Shown: positions 40,244 through 50,700 of the stretch, piece after piece | How positions within the stretch are numbered: position 1 is the first letter of the stretch | Layout of the letters: each line of letters begins with the position of its first letter | Assembly (NCBI GenBank): GCA_963840035.1 | Contig: CAWIXE010000001.1 | Location: 1,152,001-1,216,000, forward strand | DNA: 64,000 bases | Reading direction: 5' to 3' | Source: a candidate division FCPU426 bacterium | GTDB lineage: Bacteria; Oederibacteriota; PGYV01; Palsa-1178 | Translations under genes and position numbers: made by a program | Notes under the pieces: generated by a model | Database searches by the model: none | Told to the model about the DNA's origin: nothing | What the model saw: only the letters and a program-made list of their open reading frames with translations

Positions 40244-40618
40244 TCAGCTGAAATGCTCGACCAGCCTCTCGATGTCGTCCTGGTTTGCCTTGTCTATGTG
40301 GAGGCCGCAGGCATAGCGCCCGAAAATCTTATAGGCGTTTCTTTTTGTCCAGGCTATGCGCCCGGTAAAAGAGAGTTTCTTGCCGGAAAAAGATTTGTCA
40401 TTAACGACTATCTTAAGGGTTGTGCGCTCGGGCAGGAGGTAGTCGCAGTTAATGAGCATGCCGGTCTCGCTTACGTTTATGGTGGTGGCCCTGAAATTGC
40501 CGCCAACTTTTAATTTGGCTTTTTCGCCGGTTAAATCGTCGGGAAAGCGGTCAACTTCGCAGTCCATCTGAATAATCTTTGTATAACGTGGGTGTTTCCT
40601 GGCTTCTTTGCTTTTCAT
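40244..40618 (-). CDS. PilZ domain protein
   Basis: RKHPR and NVSETG motifs. Confidence 0.85.
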   Translation of the reverse strand: MKSKEARKHPRYTKIIQMDCEVDRFPDDLTGEKAKLKVGGNFRATTINVSETGMLINCDYLLPERTTLKIVVNDKSFSGKKLSFTGRIAWTKRNAYKIFGRYACGLHIDKANQDDIERLVEHFS

Positions 40619-40758
40619 TTGATCACCCTTTTGTTTTTTTTGTAAGGCGCCGCTTTCAAGACTTTCGAAAATCGATAATCGAAAATTGACCGAATCGGCT
40701 TCTATACTGTATATATAATGATGCCGATTCTAGACCATATTTTGCCTTCGGCAAAATA

Positions 40759-40844
40759 TGGTGCCGGAGGTCGGACTCGAACCGACATGCCGTTGCCGGC
40801 GGAGGATTTTGAGTCCTCTGTGTCTGCCATTTCACCACTCCGGC
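40759..40844 (-). tRNA. tRNA-Leu(CAA)
   Basis: 86-nt cloverleaf: acceptor GCCGGAG/CTCCGGC, anticodon loop CTCAAAA, long variable arm, TTCGAGT, encoded CCA. Confidence 0.97.
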
Positions 40845-40865
40845 GCATGTCCGGCCGTGTAAGAT

Positions 40866-40893
40866 ATTATAATAGAATACGGAATATTGTCAA
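40866..40893 (-). promoter_or_regulatory. tRNA promoter
   Basis: TTGACA-16-TATAAT on the minus strand. Confidence 0.7.
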
Positions 40894-40981
40894 TAATCAA
40901 AAATAAAGGGTTATTGTATATAATCGTGTGTAAATTCATATTTGCTTATATTAAACGTGTTAATTTTCTTCTACCACTGCT

Positions 40982-41068
40982 CCCCCTCTCCTCTTAGGAG
41001 AGGGGCTGGGGTGAGGTGAAACCAATTGTCTTATTCCCCTCACCCTACCCTCTCCCAAGGGGAGAGGG
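40982..41068. repeat. Inverted pair of CCCTCACCC..CCCTCTCC..GGAGAGGG palindromic units
   Basis: Two hairpin units at 40982-41016 and 41036-41068 in opposite orientation. Confidence 0.8.
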
Positions 41069-41121
41069 AAAAAATAACAAAACAATTTACACACAATTCT
41101 TGACAATATCAAATAAAGGCG

Positions 41122-41220
41122 GATTCTGAATTCTGGATTTTAGATTCTGGATTAATGGCGTTTTAGGGGAGTTTAGCAAATAACCAGTGTTGTTGGGTTT
41201 TTAATCCGGAATTCAGAATC
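41122..41220. repeat. Inverted heptamer-repeat element, family C (ATTCTGG/CCAGAAT)
   Basis: GATTCTGAATTCTGGATT... / ...AATCCGGAATTCAGAATC. A lone arm also sits at 26219-26248. Confidence 0.75.
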
Positions 41221-41294
41221 TATATAACATATTTCTTCTTGCTATTTAAAATCTAAAGTTTATAATTTAATATATTACAAATTCAGGAGGAATC

Positions 41295-42959
41295 ATGAAA
41301 AAAACCATTATTTTAACGCTTTTTACCGTGTTGTGGCTGTCATCATTATTTGCCGCGCAGGAGGCTGTAAAGCTGAATCCTGCCGTATCCAACGTTACTG
41401 TTTACCAGGGACGCGCGCTTGTGGAGCGGTTTGCTTCTGCGGACATCGCTGCGGGGGAAACTTTGTTTACCGTTACGGGGCTGCCTTACGATATGTACCA
41501 GAATACTTTGCTGGTTTACAAGAGCGATAAGGACGCGCCTTTCCTTATTAAGGAATTTGATTTTAAGGATGTAGAGGCTAACGTAATTCTCAGCGCCGAG
41601 GAAAAGAGGCTCAAGGCAAAACTTGAAAACCTCAATGAACTCTTTAAGTCAAAGCAGGACAGGATAGAGGTATTGAAGAACAAGATGAAGTTTTACGCAG
41701 ATATGTCAGCCAAGACATCCGGACAGTCAGGGGAGGCCATGGGCGTAAAGCCGGTTGACGTGAAAAATGCCGGGGATGTGCTCTCATTTATAAGCGCCGG
41801 CATAGAAGCCGCGCTTAAGGAAAAGCGTTCATGCGAGAACCAGATGATAAAGATACAGGACGACATAAACATAACGCAGTCGGAACTTTCAGAACTCTAC
41901 ACGCGCAATACAGGCACCGCAAAAGTGCTCTACATCAGGCTCGCGTCAAACAGCCAGGTTAAGGCGGGCATAAAGCTGAAATATATTGTGCCGAACGCGG
42001 GATGGTTTCCTTCATACGAGTGCAATTATGATTCTGCGGCGGGCGTCATAGAAGCCAAGTATTACGCGAATATACAGCAGTCCACCACTGAAAAATGGAG
42101 CAATACAAAACTTTCAATTGCCACGGGTTCTCCATTATATGATGTGACCCTGCCCATAGCCCGGCCGTGGGTGTTATCAGAACAGCAGCAATACCGCGCA
42201 AACGGAAACGCGGGCATGATGATGAAGGCGGCGGCAGCCCCTATGGCCCTGAGTGAGGAAGCCTCCGCTGATTCGGCTGTAATGGAAAAAAGAAAATACG
42301 AAGCCGCACCGGAGGCAGTGGAAAACTACCAATACGACGAACTGGGCATAAAGGCAAACCTGACAGGCAGGTTTGATGTCTTAAATACCGGCGAAGTGAA
42401 AAAAGCCGCGCTCAAAGAAATGAAGCTAAAACGCAAGGAGACATTCTACACGGCGATACCGTCGCAGAATGACTCGGCTTATCTTACGGTTGAGTTTGAA
42501 AATAACGACGATATGATAATGCTTCCCGGCGAGACCACTCTTTACATTGACGGCAACTACTCCGGAAAAGCCTCCATCGGCGAGAACATCCGCAAAGGAC
42601 AGACCGTAAAGTTCGCCTTCGGCATTGACGAGAACTTAAAGATTAAAAAGGAAAAACTGCAGGAGAAAAAAGGCGAGAGCGGAATTTTCGGGTCCGAGAG
42701 GAAGGTTGACTTCGGCTACAGGCTTACAGCCGAAAACTACAAGGCAAAAGAGGCTGTCATATATATAAAGGAACCGCTTCCGTTTTCAGAGGATGACAGG
42801 ATAAAAGTCGAGCTTTATGAGACGAGCGATAAGGTTACGTCCGAAGAGGACCGCGGGGTGAAAGTGTGGAAGATTACGTTAAAACCCGGCGACAAAAAGG
42901 AAATAACCTACCGGTTCAGGGTGACCTGCCCTAAGGATATGGCTGTAAACGGGCTTTAA
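41295..42959 (+). CDS. DUF4140/DUF4139 (MuiA-like) secreted protein
   Basis: Signal peptide, VTVY..RA.V.R, Y.V.NAGW.P.Y, Q.T.E.W, FGID. Confidence 0.87.
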   Translation: MKKTIILTLFTVLWLSSLFAAQEAVKLNPAVSNVTVYQGRALVERFASADIAAGETLFTVTGLPYDMYQNTLLVYKSDKDAPFLIKEFDFKDVEANVILSAEEKRLKAKLENLNELFKSKQDRIEVLKNKMKFYADMSAKTSGQSGEAMGVKPVDVKNAGDVLSFISAGIEAALKEKRSCENQMIKIQDDINITQSELSELYTRNTGTAKVLYIRLASNSQVKAGIKLKYIVPNAGWFPSYECNYDSAAGVIEAKYYANIQQSTTEKWSNTKLSIATGSPLYDVTLPIARPWVLSEQQQYRANGNAGMMMKAAAAPMALSEEASADSAVMEKRKYEAAPEAVENYQYDELGIKANLTGRFDVLNTGEVKKAALKEMKLKRKETFYTAIPSQNDSAYLTVEFENNDDMIMLPGETTLYIDGNYSGKASIGENIRKGQTVKFAFGIDENLKIKKEKLQEKKGESGIFGSERKVDFGYRLTAENYKAKEAVIYIKEPLPFSEDDRIKVELYETSDKVTSEEDRGVKVWKITLKPGDKKEITYRFRVTCPKDMAVNGL

Positions 42960-42962
42960 TGC

Positions 42963-43060
42963 GAATTTTAAATTTTATATTTTCAATTTTCAATTAACGG
43001 CAGAGTACGGGGAGTTTTTTGGTTTTTAATTGAAAATTGAAAATATAGAATTGAAAATTC
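42963..43060. repeat. Inverted heptamer-repeat element, family A, copy 3
   Basis: Arms 42963-42997 and 43026-43060, 33/35 inverted match. Confidence 0.88.
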
Positions 43061-43151
43061 ATAGACTAATCCCCACAAAAATGATATATTATTGATTAAT
43101 TTGTGCGGGAAAATACTGCGTGGAAACGCGCTTAAATCATTGGAGGGTCAT

Positions 43152-44522
43152 ATGTTTATCAAACAGAATCACAAAAAGTACCTGCTCACTGAAAAGGACA
43201 TGCCTTCGGCCTGGTATAATATAATGGCTGACATGAAGAATCCCGTGGAACCGCCGCTTCATCCGGGAACGGGAAAACCTGCCGGGCCGGATGATCTGGC
43301 GCCGATATTCCCCATGGAGTTAATCGAGCAGGAAATGACCATGAAAAAGCACGTGGACATACCCGGCGAAGTCATAGATATTTTAAGGCTCTGGAGGCCG
43401 TCGCCGCTGTACCGCGCTTATGCCCTTGAAAAAGCCCTGGATACACCGGCTAAGATCTATTATAAATACGAAGGCGTATCTCCCGCCGGAAGCCACAAGC
43501 CGAACACGGCCATAGCGCAGGCATATTACAATAAGAAAGCGGGCATTACAAAACTTACAACAGAAACCGGAGCGGGGCAGTGGGGATCGTCAATATCATT
43601 AGCCTGCGCGCTTATGGGGCTTGAAGTGGAAGTATACATGGTTAAAGTGTCATACGAACAGAAACCATACAGAAAAATGATGATGAATACATGGGGAGCG
43701 CAGGTATTTGCCTCGCCTTCAAACAGGACAGAAGCCGGAAAAAAAGTGCTGGCAGAGGACCCGAATTCACCGGGCTCGCTTGGCATAGCCATTTCAGAAG
43801 CGGTGGAAGCGGCGGTAAAGGGAAAGAATTCCAGGTACTCACTGGGTTCGGTATTAAACCACGTAATGCTGCACCAGACGATAATAGGCATAGAAGCGCA
43901 GAAGCAGATGAAGATGGCGGGAGATTATCCTGATGTGGTCATAGGCTCCTGCGGCGGCGGCTCGAACTTCGCAGGATTATCTTTTCCGTTCCTCCAGGAC
44001 AAGCTTACCGGGAAAAAACCGAAGCTCCGCGCCGTGGCAGTGGAACCAACAGCCTGCCCTACACTCACTAAAGGCGAATTCGCGTATGATTTTGGCGATG
44101 AGGCAGGAATGACGCCGCTTCTTAAGATGTACACGCTCGGGCATAAATTCATGCCAAGCGCCATACACGCGGGCGGATTAAGGTATCACGGAATGTCCCC
44201 GATAGTTTCCAGGCTTTACGCGGATAAGATTATCGAGGCAGTGGCCGTGGATCAGATACCGGTATTTGAGGCGGCGATACTTTTCTCCAAAACAGAGGGG
44301 ATTATCCCGGCGCCGGAATCGGGCCACGCGATAAGGACGGCCATAGACGAAGCGCTTGACGCGAAGAAAAAAGGCGAGAAGAGGACGATACTCTTTAACT
44401 TAAGCGGACACGGGAACTTTGACCTTGGCGCTTATGACGCGTATCTCAGCAAAAAATTAAAAGACGTGCCCCTTTCGCAGGAAGCCATAAATGAAGGGTT
44501 AAAGAGCATACCGAAAAGATAG
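43152..44522 (+). CDS. trpB2: Tryptophan synthase beta chain 2 (stand-alone TrpB2)
   Basis: [47 protein letters not shown]. Confidence 0.95.
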   Translation: MFIKQNHKKYLLTEKDMPSAWYNIMADMKNPVEPPLHPGTGKPAGPDDLAPIFPMELIEQEMTMKKHVDIPGEVIDILRLWRPSPLYRAYALEKALDTPAKIYYKYEGVSPAGSHKPNTAIAQAYYNKKAGITKLTTETGAGQWGSSISLACALMGLEVEVYMVKVSYEQKPYRKMMMNTWGAQVFASPSNRTEAGKKVLAEDPNSPGSLGIAISEAVEAAVKGKNSRYSLGSVLNHVMLHQTIIGIEAQKQMKMAGDYPDVVIGSCGGGSNFAGLSFPFLQDKLTGKKPKLRAVAVEPTACPTLTKGEFAYDFGDEAGMTPLLKMYTLGHKFMPSAIHAGGLRYHGMSPIVSRLYADKIIEAVAVDQIPVFEAAILFSKTEGIIPAPESGHAIRTAIDEALDAKKKGEKRTILFNLSGHGNFDLGAYDAYLSKKLKDVPLSQEAINEGLKSIPKR

Positions 44523-44524
44523 AA

Positions 44525-44629
44525 AATTTTAAATTTTATATTTGAAATTTTAGATTGGAATGCAGGACAGGGACTGTCTGATTGTCTTCCCTTCCTTAAT
44601 TGAAAATCTAAAATTGAAAATCTAAAATT
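44525..44629. repeat. Inverted heptamer-repeat element, family A, copy 4
   Basis: Arms 44525-44556 and 44598-44629. Confidence 0.8.
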
Positions 44630-44643
44630 GATCCGGGGTGGTT

Positions 44644-45870
44644 ATGAAAAGAATATTAATGCTTGTTATTGCCGTATTTACGGCGTTTTCAGCTGTTTTT
44701 GCGGCTTTGGGCGGCGTACCTTTTGATGTGCTGCATAAGACGCTCGGCGCTCGCAATTTAGCCATGGGCGAGGCCGCGGTGGCAAATTGCGGCGGGCCAT
44801 CCACTATCCTGTGGAATCCGGCAGCCCTGGACTCGGTCAATAAAAATACGGTATACGCGGGCGCTGAGATGCTTTTTGAGGGAGCGCACATGGAATACAT
44901 TTCTTACTACATGCCCGTGGGAAAATACGGCGGGCTCGCGTTCCTCGCGGGGTTTCAGGGTTACGGCGGATATGAGGCTGCCGACGGCGGCGGTATAGAA
45001 GGGGTTTTAACCGACGACATAAAAGATATTTTTATTTCAGCCGGTTACGGCAAGTCATTAATAGCCGGGGTGCAGGCGGGCCTTACGGCCAAGGTTCTTT
45101 TAAAATCCCTTCCTGACGGGACATATCCCGCTTTTAATTCGGACATAAGTTTTTTCAAGTCGTTTGACATGATAGACATCGGGCTCGCGTTTAAGAACAT
45201 AATCCCGATGGCTGTCGCGTACTCTTCCCAGGATGAGAAATTTGTTTCCACCATGAGGCTGGGATTCGCCTTAAAACTGCTGGACAACAACCTGAAAATC
45301 GCGGCTGACATGGAAAAATATTTCATAAAAGAGAATCCGGTATTTTTTGCCGGCGCGGAATACAGGATAATAAACGCGCTGTGCGTGCGCGCAGGTTATA
45401 ATACGCTCTCAGAAATAAGCGGAGGGATCGGGTTAAACTATGAGAATATCGGCGTGGACTATGCCGTCGTGTATAATGAGCTTGGCTTAAGCCATAAAGC
45501 CGGCATCTCATATGCCTTCGGCGGTTACGGCCTGGAATTAAAGGCTGAGCCTTCGACATTCTCGCCAATGGGGGCGTATAAAAAGACTTATATAAGGGTT
45601 TTAGCGTCGTCAAAATATGAGATGTATAAGTGGTCCATAGACCTTAAAAACAGCTCCAGCGAGCTCATACGGAACTGGTCAGGGGCAGGCAAGCCTGACG
45701 ATGAGGTTATCTGGGACGGATTACGCACGGACGGAATGCCATATCCTGACGGCATGTATAACGCGGTCTTAACCACGGTGGATGAAAATGATGTGACCTC
45801 AAAATCAGATGTAATAACAATACAGCTCGGGGGGAACGAGTCGAAGTCGCTTCCGCTGTTTGGGGAGTAG
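44644..45870 (+). CDS. PorV/PorQ-like outer-membrane beta-barrel fused to an FlgD-Ig domain
   Basis: Signal peptide, GAR.LAMG.A.VA....WNPAAL, GAEY...RAGY, DYA, then FSP...WDG...PDG.Y. Confidence 0.75.
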   Translation: MKRILMLVIAVFTAFSAVFAALGGVPFDVLHKTLGARNLAMGEAAVANCGGPSTILWNPAALDSVNKNTVYAGAEMLFEGAHMEYISYYMPVGKYGGLAFLAGFQGYGGYEAADGGGIEGVLTDDIKDIFISAGYGKSLIAGVQAGLTAKVLLKSLPDGTYPAFNSDISFFKSFDMIDIGLAFKNIIPMAVAYSSQDEKFVSTMRLGFALKLLDNNLKIAADMEKYFIKENPVFFAGAEYRIINALCVRAGYNTLSEISGGIGLNYENIGVDYAVVYNELGLSHKAGISYAFGGYGLELKAEPSTFSPMGAYKKTYIRVLASSKYEMYKWSIDLKNSSSELIRNWSGAGKPDDEVIWDGLRTDGMPYPDGMYNAVLTTVDENDVTSKSDVITIQLGGNESKSLPLFGE

Positions 45871-45874
45871 AACG

Positions 45875-45975
45875 AATTTTCAATTCTAAATTTTCAATTT
45901 TCAATTAAAAAAGGCCGGTTAATATAACCGGCCTTTTGTTTTTTATTGTTAATTGAAAATTTAAAATTGAAAATT
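45875..45975. repeat. Inverted heptamer-repeat element, family A, copy 5, enclosing a bidirectional terminator
   Basis: Arms 45875-45908 and 45949-45975; inner AAAAGGCCGGTTA-a-TATAACCGGCCTTTT hairpin. Confidence 0.85.
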
Positions 45976-45979
45976 ATGT

Positions 45980-46303
45980 TTAAATCTGTTTCTTCCTTCT
46001 GTCCGCCGTGACTGTTTTTCTTTCTTTCCTTCTGTCCTTGGCGTAGAGCACAAAGTTAGCGCCTGTCTTCCTGTAGAGCTGGCGTGTGTGTTTGTCAAAG
46101 TATAGGGTTCCCTGAACCAGCAGGAAATTCTTTGAGAATTTATCCTCGGCGCGTTTTCCCTCTTCCACGGATTTTTGTTTTGTGCGCCTGTCGTGGCGCA
46201 TGAATACAAACCGGTTGCCCAGGTTCTGTACTATGACTTTGTCCTTATTGTCGTAATAGATGTTTCCTTTTAAATGCGTGTAGCGCGGGTCTGATGCGGC
46301 CAT
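45980..46303 (-). CDS. Small basic protein with internal duplication and DRR motifs
   Basis: AAAGGAG RBS; two G..Y.D....G..FV....DRR halves. Confidence 0.75.
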   Translation of the reverse strand: MAASDPRYTHLKGNIYYDNKDKVIVQNLGNRFVFMRHDRRTKQKSVEEGKRAEDKFSKNFLLVQGTLYFDKHTRQLYRKTGANFVLYAKDRRKERKTVTADRRKKQI

Positions 46304-46317
46304 AGTAAGTCTCCTTT

Positions 46318-46410
46318 AATTTTATATTTTCAATTTTAAATTTTCAATTAAACCCTTTAAAACAGCCTGTTTTGTATTTAATTGAAAATTTAAAATTCAG
46401 AATTGAAAAT
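46318..46410. repeat. Inverted heptamer-repeat element, family A, copy 6
   Basis: Arms 46318-46352 and 46377-46410 fill the gap between the PilZ stop and the next RBS. Confidence 0.85.
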
Positions 46411-46848
46411 CTATTTATCAAACTTCATCTCCGTTATATGGTTCTCTATTCTTTTTAAATCGGATTTGCTTACCGAGAGTATCTTTACCCCGGATTTATA
46501 TGAGGCCGCGCCTTTAACCACGGTTTCCACGTTCCTTACCTCTGCAAGCAGCTTGACCGGCTTGGCGATGCGGGGCAGGAATAAATCTATCACAACCAGC
46601 TGTTTTAAGGCAAGCGGTTTGTCGGTAATTATCGACATGCCGCCTTTGCTTATGTCGTCTGTCATGGCGTTAAGGTAGGAATTTCTGGACCTTGTGGCCG
46701 TCAGTTTTTCTATGGTGGTATCCTTATAGTCGTCAGTGGCTGTGGCCTGGTCTGCCGAGCCTTCAATCGGATAAAAAGATATTTTCAGGACATCCTGGAC
46801 GCGTTCAAACTGGCGCTGTTTTTCCAGCCAACCTTTTTCCATGGTCAT
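46411..46848 (-). CDS. PilZ domain protein
   Basis: RQFER and DISKGG motifs. Confidence 0.85.
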   Translation of the reverse strand: MTMEKGWLEKQRQFERVQDVLKISFYPIEGSADQATATDDYKDTTIEKLTATRSRNSYLNAMTDDISKGGMSIITDKPLALKQLVVIDLFLPRIAKPVKLLAEVRNVETVVKGAASYKSGVKILSVSKSDLKRIENHITEMKFDK

Positions 46849-47486
46849 TTTATAGCCTTCTTTAATTTATAGTTTTTAGGGTGTATGACCCCGAGGGAAA
46901 TAACGGTTTTTAAACCTTCCTCAATGGACATATCAAGGTATATTATGTTTCTTTTGGGAACTAAAAGCACAAAACCCGAAGTCGGGTTTGGCGGAATGGG
47001 TACAAGAACGTGAAGCAGATCATCGGTTTTTTTCCCCATTTTTGCCCTGACAACCTCGGCGGATGTGAGGAAACCAATGGTGTAGAAGTCATAAACAGGG
47101 TTGTGGGCAAGGACAACCTGCTTAAAAGAGGTGCCTTTCTCCGACAGCAGGTTTGAACTTAAGTCCTTAAGGCCCCCAAAAATGGAGTTTAATATGGGGA
47201 TTTTAGCTATTATTGACTCGTAAAGCTGGACAAACTTTTTTCCAAAAAAGTTTGTTGTAAGCAAACCAACCAGCCAGACGGCAAGGAAAAGGATGATTAC
47301 CCCCAGGCCCTTTATGTAATACCGGTCAAGGTATGTCTTTAAAAGGTCTCCAAGGATGGAATCCAGTTTCTGAAAAAGGAAGATTATTATCATAATACTC
47401 AATGAAAGCGGGAGGATAACGATAAGTCCGGCAAAGAATTGTGACCGTATCTTCACGCCAAAACTGGAAAACATTTTCTTTGCCAT
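46845..47486 (-). CDS. DUF502 family membrane protein
   Basis: F.AGL..ILPL, IP....I, F.QVVL, P.PPNPTSGF, SIEEG.K..IS.G. Confidence 0.9.
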   Translation of the reverse strand: MAKKMFSSFGVKIRSQFFAGLIVILPLSLSIMIIIFLFQKLDSILGDLLKTYLDRYYIKGLGVIILFLAVWLVGLLTTNFFGKKFVQLYESIIAKIPILNSIFGGLKDLSSNLLSEKGTSFKQVVLAHNPVYDFYTIGFLTSAEVVRAKMGKKTDDLLHVLVPIPPNPTSGFVLLVPKRNIIYLDMSIEEGLKTVISLGVIHPKNYKLKKAIK

Positions 47487-47629
47487 AAGGCCTCCTTATA
47501 TAATAGCGACCAAACATCAAATATATTGACTAAAAACATGTAATAAGGTGCGGCTTTTAAAAGACTACAACCGTAATTATATATTAAAAACATGCATAAA
47601 ACAAGTTTTTTTTATGTAAAGAATTAAGT

Positions 47630-47658
47630 TTGACAAAAATACCTCTTTGAAGTATAAT
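47630..47658 (+). promoter_or_regulatory. Consensus sigma70 promoter of the surface-protein cluster
   Basis: TTGACA-17-TATAAT. Confidence 0.8.
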
Positions 47659-47777
47659 TATAAATGGAAAAGTCATGTGTAATAGAATAGAACATATCAT
47701 AAGGGACAGTAAGGTAAAATAATAAGGTAAGAAAAAGTATAGAGATATTTTTTCAGAGCATTGATTGAGGTGGTATT

Positions 47778-50700
47778 GTGTTTTTGTATATTGAACCTTA
47801 CAAAAAACCTGCTATCTCAAAAAGGAGTTTCGTACCCTTGGCAAGAATTTCAATTTTAAAAGGCCAAAGAGAGGGTAACTTAAAAAAACTCATAGGGATA
47901 TTTCTGTCCCTGTTGATTCCTTTCTGCCTATACGCTTTTACTGATGACGGAAGCGCAACAGTATCACCGTCTGTAATCGCAACTGATTCAACGGGTAATG
48001 TTGTAACCATAGAATACACCGCGGCCACTACTGTATGGGCAAGCGGCGGTCAGTTGAAGGTCACGGTGCCAGCCGGTTGGCCAACGCCCACAAACAGCAC
48101 AACAAATTCCCAGGGATACTACACGGTAGCGGTTTCAGGAGGCACTAAACTTGTTGATTATGTTTCTGCAAGTGATATTGTTGTGGTCATGTCATCGCTT
48201 AATTCCGCAGGCAAGATTACAATTACTTATGGAAGCAAATCAGGAGGAGGACCGGGCATAACTGCTCCGTCCGTTGCAGAGACCGCGGGTTTCGCTGTTT
48301 CAAGCCAGCCAAATCCGGCAACAGACCTTTTACAGCCGCTGACAGGGGGAAGCCCGTTCCAGATAGATGTTAAGGCTCCGACTCCCACGGCCACGCCGAC
48401 TATCACCGCAACGTTCTCATTTTCTCCAACGGAAACCCCTTCATATACAATAACTGAGACCCAGACGATATCGCCGACATTTACAGTAACATTGACCCAC
48501 TCGCAGACTTATACAGTGACGCCGACCAATACGCCTGTACGCGGCGAGGGAAGCGCGGTTGTATCACCGGCAAATGTCATAACCGGCGCAACCGGAAACA
48601 CCATGATTATTACTTATACCGCGGGGGCGTCCTCATGGGCGGCTGATCCCGGTTACGGCACAATAAAAATAACAATACCATCAGGATGGTCCGCGCCCAG
48701 CAATACACCTAACGCGCCGGGATACTATACTGTTGATGTAAAAGGCGGGACGGAAAACAGCAGGTCGGTATCAGGCCAGATTATTACTTTGAAAGTATAC
48801 GGGCTGCCTGCGGATTCCGGGGAAATAATCGTAACATACGGGGATAAAACATTCGGAAGCCCGGGCGCGACTGCGCAGGGCGCGGCGGGAACTGCCGCGT
48901 TTAATATCAGCACTACGACGAGCGGCGATACAGTGTTTCCCATTAACGAGCAGCCTTCTGTAAACGTAAACGCGCCGACGCCGACTTACACTCCGTCATA
49001 TACCGTGACTGTTACGGATACAATGACGGTAACCGGCACCCCGACCATTACCCCTACAGACACTGCCACCCAAACCATAACCGAGACCTATACGTATACA
49101 GAAACACTGACTTCAACTTTTACCATGACATATACGCCTACGTCCACTGTCACGCCGTCATTTACTCCAACATTAACCGCCACTGCCACAAATACGCCGG
49201 TACGCGGCGAGGGAAGCGCCGTAATTTCTCCGCTTTCGGCGGCGGCTGGAGTCCCGGGAAATACCATGGTAATTACTTTTACCAACGGCGCTGTACCATG
49301 GGCAAGCGGCGCCAATAACGGCATCATAAGATTTGTCATACCCGCAGGATGGTCAGCCCCGAGTTATTCCGCGGCAAACCCCGGATATTTTACTGTCGAC
49401 ATTACGGGAGGGACGGAAGTCGGCAGGGCGTTAAGCGGACAGACCATAAAAATATCCATAGACGGTTTAGCCGCCGGCGGCCAGGTTGTACTGACATATG
49501 GCGCGAGTGCCGGCGCGGTTTCACAGGGTACCACGGGTACCGCTTTATTTGGAGTTGAAACGAGTTCTGATAATTCCATAAATGAACTGACGTACCCGAT
49601 AAACGCAAGCCCGCTCAGCGTCGGCGTGCTGGACGCGACGGCCACGGCAACTGTTACACCTACGGATACGCCTACTTTTACCTCAACTATAACCAGGACT
49701 GTTACGCAGACTTACACCGCAACCGAAACATTTACCCCGACACACACGCAGACAAATACCCCTACATTTACGGTTACACAGACGGCAACTCAGTCTGTCA
49801 CGCCGACAAATACCCCGACATTTACCGTGACACAGACAGACACCCCGACATTTACTGTGACGCAGACTGTAACGCAGACTGCAACACAAACTGTCACACC
49901 GACTTATACGGTCACGGGAACATTCACGGCCACGCCTACAGTTACTTGCACGTCCACATTCACGGTAACCCAGACCATAACGCCGACAAATACCCCGATA
50001 ATAGGTGAAGGTTCGGCAACAATAAACCCGGTTACGGCAGTTGCAGGTTCGCCGGGAAATACTTTGGATATAAATTATCTGCCGGGCGCCACAGCGTGGA
50101 GCAATGGACAGCTGGAAGTAACAATACCTTCGGGATGGAGCGTCCCAAATAAAACAATAACCACCGCCGACGGGTATTATACGGTTAACATAACTAACGG
50201 AACGCTGATTACAGACTATGTTATAGGCAACAGGATAGTTATTATTTTAAGCACCCTGCAGACAAACGGCAGTGTGCAAATAGTATACGGCAGCAAAACC
50301 GGCGGCGGGAACGGGGCCACGGCCCAGGGCGCGGCAGGAACGGCCGTGTTCGTGATAAAAACTGACCCGCTTGGTTCAAGCGTGCATGAGATTATGGGAA
50401 GCCCTTCGGTTGACGTAATAGAGCCGACGCCTACAAGCACAATAACTCAGACAGGGACACCTACAATTACACAGACGGCAACCGAGACTGTTACGGAAAC
50501 AGTTACACAGACAATGACGGAGACGGCAACAGAGACTGCGACACAGACAGCTACGCAGACCGGGACACAGACGGTGACGCAGACAGTTACTCAAACAGCA
50601 ACTGAAACGGCAACTGAAACAGCCACGCAGACAGTTACACAGACAGCGACAGAGACTGTCACAACGACTGTGACAGAGACAGCGACTCAGACAGCCACTG

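Noticed and set aside
40759..40844. tRNA as an integration site
   Set aside because: I found no duplicated tRNA 3' end and no integrase in the window.
40656..40906. ORFs 40656-40838 and 40718-40906
   Set aside because: They overlap tRNA-Leu and are spurious.
47871..47882. Non-canonical TTA start after GAGGG for the giant gene
   Set aside because: In-frame TTG 47838 (AAGGAG 10 nt upstream) and GTG 47778 are adequate alternatives; the start cannot be resolved from sequence alone.
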